Assembly (NCBI GenBank): GCA_043757045.1
Contig: JAYVQC010000097.1
Coordinates: 365 to 64,364, forward strand
Origin: Akkermansia sp.
GTDB taxonomy: Bacteria; Verrucomicrobiota; Verrucomicrobiia; Limisphaerales; SIBH01
Direction: 5' to 3'
DNA: 64,000 nt
The position numbers and the translations under genes were made by a program. Below are positions 45,155 to 52,823 of the stretch, piece by piece (positions within the stretch are counted from its first letter, which is position 1; each line of letters starts with the position of its first letter). Below the pieces are notes generated by a model. The model searched no databases and had not been told where the DNA came from. It saw only the letters and a list, made by a program, of their open reading frames with translations.

Positions 45155-45532
45155 TCAATACCGCCGCACGCGAGCCGTGCCGTAGCCGCGATAGCTGAGA
45201 TTGTCGGTCACGGTCCGGTTGGCGGGGGTGCGGACGTGCGGGGCCACGTAGGTTCCGTTGCTCCGGGTGGAGCCGCGCACGCCCACCGAGGGTGTCGCCG
45301 CGTAGGGGTTGCGATAAACGTAGCCGGAACTGCCGCCGGTCGAGTAGCTGGGGTAGCTGGGCGTGGAGTTGTAGCGCGGCGTGGTGGAATAGGACGGGGC
45401 GGGCGTGTTGCGGTAGTAGCCGCTCACGTAGGTGCCGTTGGCGCGGGTGTGGCCGCTCACCCATTCGGCGCGGGCCGCGAGGGCGGTGGCGAACAGGACG
45501 AGGGCGAGGGCGATTTTGGTCAGTGTTTTCAT
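45155..45532 (-). CDS. Small secreted protein with a duplicated G-x-TR-x-NGTYV motif
   Basis: 125 aa with signal peptide MKTLTKIALALVLFATALAARA. Two copies of the motif (VSGHTRANGTYVSGYYR; VRGSTRSNGTYVAPHVR). Co-oriented and directly upstream of the TPR-CHAT gene. Confidence 0.55.
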   Translation of the reverse strand: MKTLTKIALALVLFATALAARAEWVSGHTRANGTYVSGYYRNTPAPSYSTTPRYNSTPSYPSYSTGGSSGYVYRNPYAATPSVGVRGSTRSNGTYVAPHVRTPANRTVTDNLSYRGYGTARVRRY

Positions 45533-45653
45533 GGTTCGTTTTTGAAGGCGGTGGCGTGGCGCGGTCCCGCACGGCGGGACTCTTGTTGTTCACCCGGAAC
45601 AGCCTTCACCCGCTACATCGCAATCGGCGCGGGGTTTCTTACAAAAAAGTTTT

Positions 45654-45909
45654 AACCACGGATGGCACGGATGAACACGGATGGGGGCGGGGAGGATTTG
45701 CCACAGAGAACGCAGAGAGCGCAGAGAGGGGAAGGGAACTTGGCAAACCGCTAATGGACGCTGATAAACGCTGATAAAACCCGTTCCGCCATCAGTCGCC
45801 CGATGAGCGTCCATCAGCGTTTATTAGCGGTTACCCCCCCCCTCCCCTCTCTCGCTCTCTGCGTTCTCTGTGGCTAAAAATTCCGTGTCCATCCTTGTCA
45901 TCCGTGGTT
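45654..45909. repeat. Composite nested palindrome (three concentric inverted-repeat modules)
   Basis: Outer pair: aaccacggatggcacggatgaacacggat and ttccgtgtccatccttgtcatccgtggtt. Middle pair: gccacagagaacgcagagagcgcagagagggga and tcccctctctcgctctctgcgttctctgtggc. Inner pair: aaccgctaatggacgctgataaacgctgat and atcagcgtttattagcggtt. Confidence 0.8.
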
Positions 45910-46009
45910 GTTCTTTTGATCAGAGCCTCGTGACCTCGGCTGCTCCGTGGGCAGGAGGGACGGCTTTTCTTGGCGTTGCGGGCGGCGGTCGGGTCGTTAC
46001 ACTCGGCGC

Positions 46010-46261
46010 ATGACAATCGAATTGCCGGACTTGGCACTCGGCGCGTTGCACCTGACCCCCGAACAGATGCGCGTGGAATTGGCCGTGGGCTTGTATGCTG
46101 GCCGGCATGTTTCGATGGGACGGGCGGCCAAGGTCGCCGGTGTTCCCTACGCCGAGTTCATGCGCGAGCTTGGTCGCCGCGGCCTTTGCCTCAACTACAC
46201 GGTCGAGGACGCGCAACACGACATGGCGATGGCGGATGAGTTGAACCGCAAAGCCGAATGA
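46010..46261 (+). CDS. UPF0175 family antitoxin-like protein
   Basis: Start trimmed to ATG 46010 (MTIELPDLALGALHLTPEQMRVELAVGLYAGRHVSMGRAAKVAGVPYAEFMRELGRRG), a typical UPF0175 sequence. ATGA overlap with the next gene. Confidence 0.7.
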   Translation: MTIELPDLALGALHLTPEQMRVELAVGLYAGRHVSMGRAAKVAGVPYAEFMRELGRRGLCLNYTVEDAQHDMAMADELNRKAE

Positions 46262-46719
46262 TCGTCGTCAGCGACACGTCGGCCATCACGGCCCTGCTGC
46301 AAATTGGCCGGGGCGATTTGTTGGAGAAACTTTACGGCCTGGTGCTGATTCCCGTGGCCGTCCGCGACGAACTGATTCAAACGCATCCCGCCCTGCCGTC
46401 CTTTCTCCGCTGCGAGCCGGTGCGGAACCCCGCTGAGGTGGCGCGGCTGTCCGCCGAGTTGGATCAGGGCGAAGCGGAAGCCATCGCTCTCGCCAAGGAA
46501 CTCGGAGCGGACGCCTTGCTGATGGATGAAGCGGAAGGCCGCCGCGTGGCGCGGCGCGAAGGGGTGCCGTTCATCGGATTGTTGGGCGTGCTGGTGCAGG
46601 CCAAGCACCGGCGGCACGTTTCGTCGGTGCGGGCGTTGACGGCTGAACTGGAGGCGGTCGCGAACTTCCGTCTCTCCGCAGAGGTGAAGCAGATCGCCTT
46701 TCGCGCGGCGGGCGAATGA
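46258..46719 (+). CDS. DUF3368 PIN-like nuclease (toxin partner of UPF0175)
   Basis: MIVVSDTSAITALLQIG...LDQGEAEAIALAKELGADALLMDEAEGRRVA..GVPFIGLLGVL is typical DUF3368. 4-nt overlaps on both sides. Confidence 0.75.
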   Translation: MIVVSDTSAITALLQIGRGDLLEKLYGLVLIPVAVRDELIQTHPALPSFLRCEPVRNPAEVARLSAELDQGEAEAIALAKELGADALLMDEAEGRRVARREGVPFIGLLGVLVQAKHRRHVSSVRALTAELEAVANFRLSAEVKQIAFRAAGE

Positions 46720-47294
46720 GCGCGCCCGAACTCCACGCCCTGCAACGCGGCGACTCCGCCGCGTGGGACGAGGCGTTCGCGTGGCTCTGGCCCACGGTCT
46801 TCGCGGTGGCGCGCTTGAAACTCCAACCTTTCCTGCCGGATGAAATCGAGGACGTGGCGATTGAATCATTGGAAGCACTGGTGGAAAAAGTGCGCGAGGT
46901 GAAGACGGTCGAGGAATTGAAGCCGCTGGCGGCGAGCATCGCGCATCATCGCGCGGTGAGTCTGCTGCGGGAGCGGTTCGCGCAGAAGCGCGGCGAGGGC
47001 AGGACGGAATCGCTGGACGCCACCACGGAGGACGGCGACGTGAAGCACGATCCAGCGTCACCGGATTCGCCGCTGGATGCGATGGCGGAAAAGGAACTGG
47101 CGGAGCGTTTGCAAAAATCCCTCGGCGCGCTCAAGCCGCCGCTGGGCGACGTGCTCTCAGATTTTTTCCTGCACGGATTGCGCTACGAGGAGATTGCCAC
47201 GAAACACGGAATCGCCGTCGGGTCGGTCGGCGTCTATCTGAAACGCGGGTTGGAAACCCTGCGGCGAATCTGGGGCGGACGGGAAGATAGTTGA
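46716..47294 (+). CDS. ECF-type RNA polymerase sigma factor
   Basis: Region 2-like AWDEAFAWLWPTVFAVA...EDVAIESL and region 4 LSDFFLHGLRYEEIATKHGIAVGSVGVYLKRGLETLRR. Confidence 0.85.
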   Translation: MSAPELHALQRGDSAAWDEAFAWLWPTVFAVARLKLQPFLPDEIEDVAIESLEALVEKVREVKTVEELKPLAASIAHHRAVSLLRERFAQKRGEGRTESLDATTEDGDVKHDPASPDSPLDAMAEKELAERLQKSLGALKPPLGDVLSDFFLHGLRYEEIATKHGIAVGSVGVYLKRGLETLRRIWGGREDS

Positions 47295-47316
47295 AAGAAA
47301 CGAGCGAGATTTTGCG

Positions 47317-48000
47317 ATGCACTCAATGAATGACGAACGCTTTTTCGACCTGGCCATGAAGGTCATCGCCCGGCAAGGCACGGACGCGGAGCGCGCGGAG
47401 TTCGAGGCGCTGCTGGCGGGCCAGCCGGGTTTGAAGGCTGAGTTTGAGGGCCTGCAGGCCGAAGTGGGCATGGCGAAGGTAGCTCTGCCTTTGGTGAACG
47501 CGACCGAAGCGACAGCGGGCGAGTTCCCGGCTTACGCGCGCGGGCGGCTGCAAACCAAAGTGCGGCAAACGCTCGGTAGCCCCGACATCGCCAAGCATCG
47601 CGGATGGAACTGGCGTTGGGCGTTCGGCCTGGCGGCGGCCACGTCGGTGATCGTGTTGGCCCTCTCGCTGTTGAATCCCAGCCGGCCAGTGATTGAGGTC
47701 GCCATGCTCGACACGGCGGGCGGAGTGCGCGGCGCGGAGACAAATCAGGTTTCGTTGCTGCAAGTGCGGTGGAAGGAGGTGCGGCAGTTCTCCAACGCCC
47801 AGGAGTCTGCGGCCTGGGAGCGGCAACCTTCGGCCAGCGGTGACTTTGCCAAGATCATTTACGACCCGGCGGCGGCGGAAATCCGGGTGTCAGGCCGCGC
47901 CGGCGGGAAGAATTTCACCACCGCCATCACCGTGGAAAAGAATCTGGCGGGCGCGCTGGATGAGGCGGCGCACTTCGTGCGCGATCAGTTCGGACGTTAG
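47317..48000 (+). CDS. Putative anti-sigma factor (single-pass membrane protein)
   Basis: Downstream of the ECF sigma gene. Helical N-terminus (DAERAEFEALLAGQPGLKAEFEGLQ) and a TM (WAFGLAAATSVIVLALSLL). No family motif recognised. Confidence 0.5.
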   Translation: MHSMNDERFFDLAMKVIARQGTDAERAEFEALLAGQPGLKAEFEGLQAEVGMAKVALPLVNATEATAGEFPAYARGRLQTKVRQTLGSPDIAKHRGWNWRWAFGLAAATSVIVLALSLLNPSRPVIEVAMLDTAGGVRGAETNQVSLLQVRWKEVRQFSNAQESAAWERQPSASGDFAKIIYDPAAAEIRVSGRAGGKNFTTAITVEKNLAGALDEAAHFVRDQFGR

Positions 48001-48087
48001 CGTCTTTTACCGGTGAAATGACTTCGTGAAGTCGTCATTCGCGATCTTCACGACTTTCTTTTCCAGTTTGGAGCGGGCGGCCTGACG

Positions 48088-48399
48088 TCAGGCGAGGTCG
48101 GCCAGCGCTTGTTCCATTTCCATCTGCGGGCCTTCGTGGTGCTGGGTGATGGCGAGTTGGAGCGCGTTTTGGAAAGCCGTCCTCGCCGCGGGCTTGTTGC
48201 CCAGCGCGAGCGCACATTTTCCAATCAGGATTTGCACGACCATCCAGTCCGGCTTCTTCGCCAGCGCCACGGTGAAATGATCCTGGGCGGGTGCAAACTG
48301 CTGGGCATCGAACAGCGCCTTGCCAAGGCTGAAGCGCGCGAGTTCGTTCTGCGGAAATTGCTCCACCATTTTCTGGTGGCGGGCGATGGCGTCGTTCAT
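48088..48399 (-). CDS. Small TPR-like protein
   Basis: 103 aa with two or three TPR-like helices (..ARFSLGKALFDAQQFAPAQDHFTVAL..., ..ILIGKCALALGNKPAARTAFQNAL..). Confidence 0.55.
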   Translation of the reverse strand: MNDAIARHQKMVEQFPQNELARFSLGKALFDAQQFAPAQDHFTVALAKKPDWMVVQILIGKCALALGNKPAARTAFQNALQLAITQHHEGPQMEMEQALADLA

Positions 48400-48410
48400 G
48401 GCAAATCGGG

Positions 48411-48510
48411 CGCGCGGACTTCAGGCCGCTTCAGTGTTGTTTCTTCGGGCGTCTGGAAAATTTACCGGCCTTCTCGCGAGCTTCCTGTTGAAGCGGCGTG
48501 AACGCCGCGC
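48411..48510. repeat. About 100-bp intergenic element with terminal inverted repeats (family shared with 54251-54349)
   Basis: cgcgcggacttcaggccgcttcag ... tgttgaagcggcgtgaacgccgcgc. The same termini occur at 54251-54349. Confidence 0.75.
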
Positions 48511-48514
48511 TCCA

Positions 48515-49225
48515 TCAGCGCGGGCGGACCAGAATCTCTTCCACGATGGCGCGCGGCGGCAGATTGATGGCGAGCAGCGCGCACTCGGCGATGTCGTCGG
48601 CGGTCATCATGCGGACGCGCGCGGCGGCGTCGGGCGGCGTGGGGCGTTTATCGAGCAGCGGCGTGTTGATGTCGCCTGGGAAAATCGCGCAGGCGCGCAC
48701 GCCGCGTCCGCGTTCCTCGGCGTTGATGGCCTGCGTCAGTCCCGCGAGGCCCCATTTGGAAATGACGTAGCCGGGGCCGGCCTTCGGGCTGGCCTGTTTG
48801 CCCGCATCCGAAACGATGTTCACGATGGTGCCCGTCTGGCGCTCGCGCATCTGCGGCAGGAAGGCCTGCGTGCAGTAGTAGGCGCCGTGCAGGTTCGTAT
48901 CAATCATCGCGTGGTAATCCTCGAGCGAAAGCACTTCGAGCGCACGCTTCGGGGCGTTCGTGCCGGCGGCGTTCACGAGCACGTCCACGGTCTTAAAAAT
49001 CTCCAGCACCGCGTTCGCCATCTGCTGCACCTGTTCCACGCGCCCGATGTCGCAAGGGATGACGAGCACCTCGTGCTTCTGCAGCCCGGTGAGCTGGGCG
49101 GTTTCGTCGAGCGAAGCTTGGGTGCGACCGAGGAGAGCGAGCCGCCAGCCTTGCTTGGCGAGCGCGATGGCGATGGCGCGACCGACGCCGCTGCCCGCGC
49201 CGGTGATGACAACAGTGCGATTCAT
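48515..49225 (-). CDS. SDR family oxidoreductase
   Basis: Start trimmed to ATG 49225 (MNRTVVITGAGSGVGRAIA = TGxxxGxG). NAAG motif and catalytic YVISK (YxxxK). The track's N-terminal extension reads through a palindromic repeat. Confidence 0.85.
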   Translation of the reverse strand: MNRTVVITGAGSGVGRAIAIALAKQGWRLALLGRTQASLDETAQLTGLQKHEVLVIPCDIGRVEQVQQMANAVLEIFKTVDVLVNAAGTNAPKRALEVLSLEDYHAMIDTNLHGAYYCTQAFLPQMRERQTGTIVNIVSDAGKQASPKAGPGYVISKWGLAGLTQAINAEERGRGVRACAIFPGDINTPLLDKRPTPPDAAARVRMMTADDIAECALLAINLPPRAIVEEILVRPR

Positions 49226-49288
49226 GCGCGGCGTTGTAGCGGGTGAAGCGGAACGGGAGAAGGGAGAAGTGCGGGACCGGCCAAGGTT

Positions 49289-49365
49289 GACCACGGAAGA
49301 CACGGAGAACACGGAATGGAAAACTTCCTTCGCTTCATTCCGTGTCTTCCGTGTCTTCCGTGGTT
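49289..49365. repeat. CCACGGA-type palindromic element directly 3' of queD
   Basis: gaccacggaagacacggagaacacggaatgga ... attccgtgtcttccgtgtcttccgtggtt. Related to the outer module of 45654-45909. Confidence 0.8.
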
Positions 49366-49368
49366 CAA

Positions 49369-49731
49369 TCATCCGCCCCGATAAACGCAGCGCGACAGGC
49401 AAGTCTCGGCCACGGCTATTTCCGCGAGCCACGGCAGTTGCGGCTGGAGCCGGTCCCAGATCCATTTCGCCAGCATCTCGCTCGTGGCGTTTTCGAGGCC
49501 CGGTATGTCGTTCAGGTAATAATGATCGAGCCGGTCGAGCAACGGCCTGAAGGCTTCGGAGATTTCCGAGTAGTCCATGAGCCAGCCCATGTGCGGATCG
49601 CATTCGCCGGCCACGACCACTTCCACGCGGAAGCTGTGGCCGTGGAGGCGCGCGCATTTGTGATCGGCGGGGACGTTCGGCAGCTTGTGTGCGGCTTCAA
49701 ACTGAAAGGTTTTTCTAAGTTCAATGTTCAT
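49369..49731 (-). CDS. queD: 6-carboxy-5,6,7,8-tetrahydropterin synthase (QueD / PTPS family)
   Basis: FQFEAAHKLP...HKCARLHGHSF (Cx3HGH zinc/catalytic motif). About 120 aa, with the start trimmed to MNIEL. Confidence 0.85.
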   Translation of the reverse strand: MNIELRKTFQFEAAHKLPNVPADHKCARLHGHSFRVEVVVAGECDPHMGWLMDYSEISEAFRPLLDRLDHYYLNDIPGLENATSEMLAKWIWDRLQPQLPWLAEIAVAETCLSRCVYRGG

Positions 49732-49803
49732 AAATTTAGTTCGTGATGCGTGGTGCGTGAGCAAGCCATTTCAGCTTTCTGCTTTTTGTTTTCAGCTTTG
49801 GTT

Positions 49804-51156
49804 TCAACTTTCCCAATCCGTCCATGTCACCAGGTCGCCAAGCGCGGGGCGACCGTCGTGCCGCCAGGTGAGCGGCGGTTGTTGCATTGCGCCGAGCGGG
49901 CACAAGCGCGTGACGCCCCGGCGGGCGAATTGCGTGGCCAGTTCACGCGCCCGGTCGCCGGTCGCGGCGAGGCCGACGGTGGAAACTTTTCCGCGCACGC
50001 TCTCGGCTTGGCGCATGGCTTCGGCGGCGTCAGAGACGGGCTTCACGTAGATGAAGCGGTTCAGGCACGAGAGTTGAAATTGCGGATCAGCTTCATACAC
50101 CACGGTCCATGCGGTGGAGCCTTCGCTGCGCCAGAGCTTGGTGTCGTTCGTGGCGGCGGCGCGCATTTCGTAGAAACTTCGGCGCGACGCGATGACGGCG
50201 GCGGCTTCCGTGGCGAGCGGACCGCGCGGCTCGATGGCTTCCTGCTTCGCCAGTTCCTCGGCGATCAATTCGGCAAATTTCTCCGCGCCCACCGCGCCGC
50301 CGTGCTCGACGTAGAACAAATGCGGCGAAAGACAGCCGAGTTGATTCCACGCCCCCAGGTCCGCCACGGCGCGCAACACCGTCTTCGGCAACTCGAAGCG
50401 CGTGAGCGCATCACCGGTCACGTAACCGAAACTCACGCGATGGCCGTAGCCGAGGAAACGCACGCGCGGCGGCAGTTTCTTCTGCACGATGGCGAGCGTT
50501 TCATCCGAGCCGGTGCAGGTCACGCAATCAGCCTCGGCGAAGAGCGCCTGCTCCAGCGGGTCGGTGCCGCCGGGCCACTCGGCAATTTCCAGGCACGACG
50601 CCATCTTCGGTTCCACTTCGTAAATCGAATGCGCGAACAGTCGCGGCAGCAACGACGTGCCGCGCGCGCACTTCACCATCTGCGCCGAGCGCGTGAGGAA
50701 TCCAAGCACGATGCTGAAGATCGCCGGATTCGGGATGTTCCCCGCCGTGATGTGGACGAGCAGTTCCGGCCCGCGGGCCAGCGCCTGCGTGTCACTCGCG
50801 CGGTCGGTGCTGAAACGATCCAATCGCTCGATGTGTCCGAGGTCTTGCGCGATGAGCGCGTGGAGATTTTCCGCCGTGAAGGTTTTGAAGAACGCGTCGA
50901 GTCCGCGTGCGAGGGTCGTCGTGTTGAATCCGGTTTCGGCCCCGCCGCGTTCGAGCGCGAGCTTGCGGAAGGGATTCTCCGGTTCGAGCCAGCTTTGCGC
51001 CGTGGCCGCGAGCACGCCCACGATGCTGCTCGTCGAGCGTGTGGCGAGATATTGCTCGCGATTGCGCTTCAACGTCTGGCACGCCTCGGTCACCAGGGTG
51101 GGCGTGATGGCGTGTTCAGGCGGCAAGTCGGCGATGAAATAGTGGGGCAGGTTCAT
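49804..51156 (-). CDS. LuxC-like acyl-CoA reductase family protein
   Basis: 450 aa. ..WNQLGCLSPHLFYVE.. resembles the catalytic-Cys region of the LuxC/acyl-CoA reductase family. Paired in the cluster with a LuxE-like gene. Confidence 0.7.
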   Translation of the reverse strand: MNLPHYFIADLPPEHAITPTLVTEACQTLKRNREQYLATRSTSSIVGVLAATAQSWLEPENPFRKLALERGGAETGFNTTTLARGLDAFFKTFTAENLHALIAQDLGHIERLDRFSTDRASDTQALARGPELLVHITAGNIPNPAIFSIVLGFLTRSAQMVKCARGTSLLPRLFAHSIYEVEPKMASCLEIAEWPGGTDPLEQALFAEADCVTCTGSDETLAIVQKKLPPRVRFLGYGHRVSFGYVTGDALTRFELPKTVLRAVADLGAWNQLGCLSPHLFYVEHGGAVGAEKFAELIAEELAKQEAIEPRGPLATEAAAVIASRRSFYEMRAAATNDTKLWRSEGSTAWTVVYEADPQFQLSCLNRFIYVKPVSDAAEAMRQAESVRGKVSTVGLAATGDRARELATQFARRGVTRLCPLGAMQQPPLTWRHDGRPALGDLVTWTDWES

Positions 51157-51171
51157 GAGAAAATGATCTGT

Positions 51172-51354
51172 GATGCCTCACGCCAAGGCCGCAAAGGTCG
51201 CAAAGAAGTTGTTCGGGAAATAGCCACAGAGAACCCAGAGAACACAAAGAGTGCCTCGTTCCTTCTGGGTGTTCTTTGTGGCCATTGTTTTTTCAAGCCG
51301 TGCCGCCACTTTTTTCCCCTTTGCGTCCTTCGCGCCCTTTGCGTGAGGCATTTC
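51172..51354. repeat. Composite nested palindrome between the MFS and LuxC-like genes
   Basis: Outer pair: gatgcctcacgccaaggccgcaaaggtcgcaaag and ctttgcgtccttcgcgccctttgcgtgaggcatttc. Inner pair: gccacagagaacccagagaacacaaagag and ctgggtgttctttgtggc (the same module type as the middle module of 45654-45909). Confidence 0.8.
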
Positions 51355-51355
51355 T

Positions 51356-52654
51356 TCATCGGGCCGGTCCTTCCTTGAAAGCTTGTTCGCGATTTCCGAG
51401 CGCGTGCAGGCACGGCAACCCCAGCAGTGACAGCAACAGAAACACCGCGAGCCAGCCGTAGAGCGGATAGTACGCCGCCACCTCCGTCTTGCGCGCGCCG
51501 AAGCTTTCGACCCATTTGCCCACGATGAAGTGCGAGAGATTGCCCAGCAGCCCGCCGATGGTGATGAACAATCCGAACACGCGCCCGCGCACCGCGTTCG
51601 GCACCGCCTCCATCAACGCCGCCTCCACGATGGGATAGCTCGCGAGGAAAAAGAATCCATAGACCAGCAACGTCGGCACCACCCACGCCGCTGGCACATG
51701 CGGAAACGCCGCGACGAATCCCGCCGAGATGACGATGAGCGTCGCCGCCCAACGCAGTCGCGCGCGGTCGCTGAAGTGGCCGAAGAGCGGATTGCTGATC
51801 GCCGAGGCCACGAACAGCACGCTGATGGTCAGTCCGGTTCGCCCCACGTCGAAGCCGCGCGCCTTTTGCAGAAACAACGAGCCGACCGTGCTCATGCTGC
51901 TGCCCGTGAAATCGCGCAGGAGGAACATGAACGCCGCCGCGAGGAACATCAGCCACAGCGCGGGCGTGGGGAACATCGGTTCGGGCTTGGCAAGTCGCGC
52001 GCCGGAGTTGCGGACCGCCATGTCCGCAGTCGCTTCATTCTTGGCGAGGTTCTGCGGACATGGCTGTCCGCTGCTCTGATGCGCCGCATGCTCATCCGCC
52101 AGCCACGCGAACAGCGCGGCCATCACCAGTCCCGCCACGCCGAGTTCCGCGACCGGCCAACGCCAGTCGCCCGTCATCTGTGCGCGCCAGCCGGCGTAAA
52201 GTGGCCCCAGGCAAAATCCCACGCTCGCCCCGATGCCGAGCGTTCCGAGCGCGCGTCCCGTTGTCCCCGGATACAATTGCGCCACCAGGGCCGTGGCCGC
52301 CGGATGAAAAAAACTTCCGCCCAAGCCCGCGACGATCACACACGCCAGCGCCAGCGGATAAGTGGGCGCGAAGGCCAGTCCCATGAAGCCCAGCGAGTTG
52401 ATCAGCAGCCCGACGGTCAGAAGTTTTTTCCGGCTGCACCGATCCGCGAGCACGCCCATCGCGTAGCTCGGCAGGAAATACGCGACCAACAACACGGTCA
52501 CGAGCAACGTCGCGTCCTCCACCGAATCGCGCCGATAGAACGCCTGCATCGGCAGGTAGAGCGGGATGAGCGCGATCTGGTAGATGTGCGTGAACGCGTG
52601 CAAGACCGTGGTCAATGTCAGCGTGCGGGAGCGGTGGGAAGGTGATGCGGTCAT
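51356..52654 (-). CDS. MFS transporter
   Basis: 432 aa with 12 predicted TM segments and the MFS loop motif GVLADRCSRKKLL. The central loop carries a repeat-derived insert. Confidence 0.85.
   Translation of the reverse strand: MTASPSHRSRTLTLTTVLHAFTHIYQIALIPLYLPMQAFYRRDSVEDATLLVTVLLVAYFLPSYAMGVLADRCSRKKLLTVGLLINSLGFMGLAFAPTYPLALACVIVAGLGGSFFHPAATALVAQLYPGTTGRALGTLGIGASVGFCLGPLYAGWRAQMTGDWRWPVAELGVAGLVMAALFAWLADEHAAHQSSGQPCPQNLAKNEATADMAVRNSGARLAKPEPMFPTPALWLMFLAAAFMFLLRDFTGSSMSTVGSLFLQKARGFDVGRTGLTISVLFVASAISNPLFGHFSDRARLRWAATLIVISAGFVAAFPHVPAAWVVPTLLVYGFFFLASYPIVEAALMEAVPNAVRGRVFGLFITIGGLLGNLSHFIVGKWVESFGARKTEVAAYYPLYGWLAVFLLLSLLGLPCLHALGNREQAFKEGPAR
52018..52085. repeat. Double-hairpin element (GCGGAC-N6-GTCCGC x2), copy inside the MFS ORF
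   Basis: gcggaccgccatgtccgc (52020-52037) and gcggacatggctgtccgc (52065-52082), in the same orientation as the copy at 3321-3388. Confidence 0.8.
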
Positions 52655-52688
52655 GTTTCGTTGCCCACTGGTTTTGCCGGGCGCTCTG

Positions 52689-52792
52689 GAAAAGCGGCGC
52701 TAAAGCGACCGCACTCCAAACGCTGGCGCGCAGCATCAGACGCCTCTTCACGCGCGAAGCGTTTGGAGTGCGGTCGCTTTAGCGCCGCTTTC
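52689..52792. repeat. Long perfect hairpin element (33-bp arms)
   Basis: aaagcggcgctaaagcgaccgcactccaaacgc (52691-52723) has its exact reverse complement ending at 52791. A half-site, ggtcgctttagcgccgcttt, also occurs at 33367-33386. Confidence 0.85.
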
Positions 52793-52823
52793 GGACCCGA
52801 GTGGAAGATCGAGAATGTTTGCC

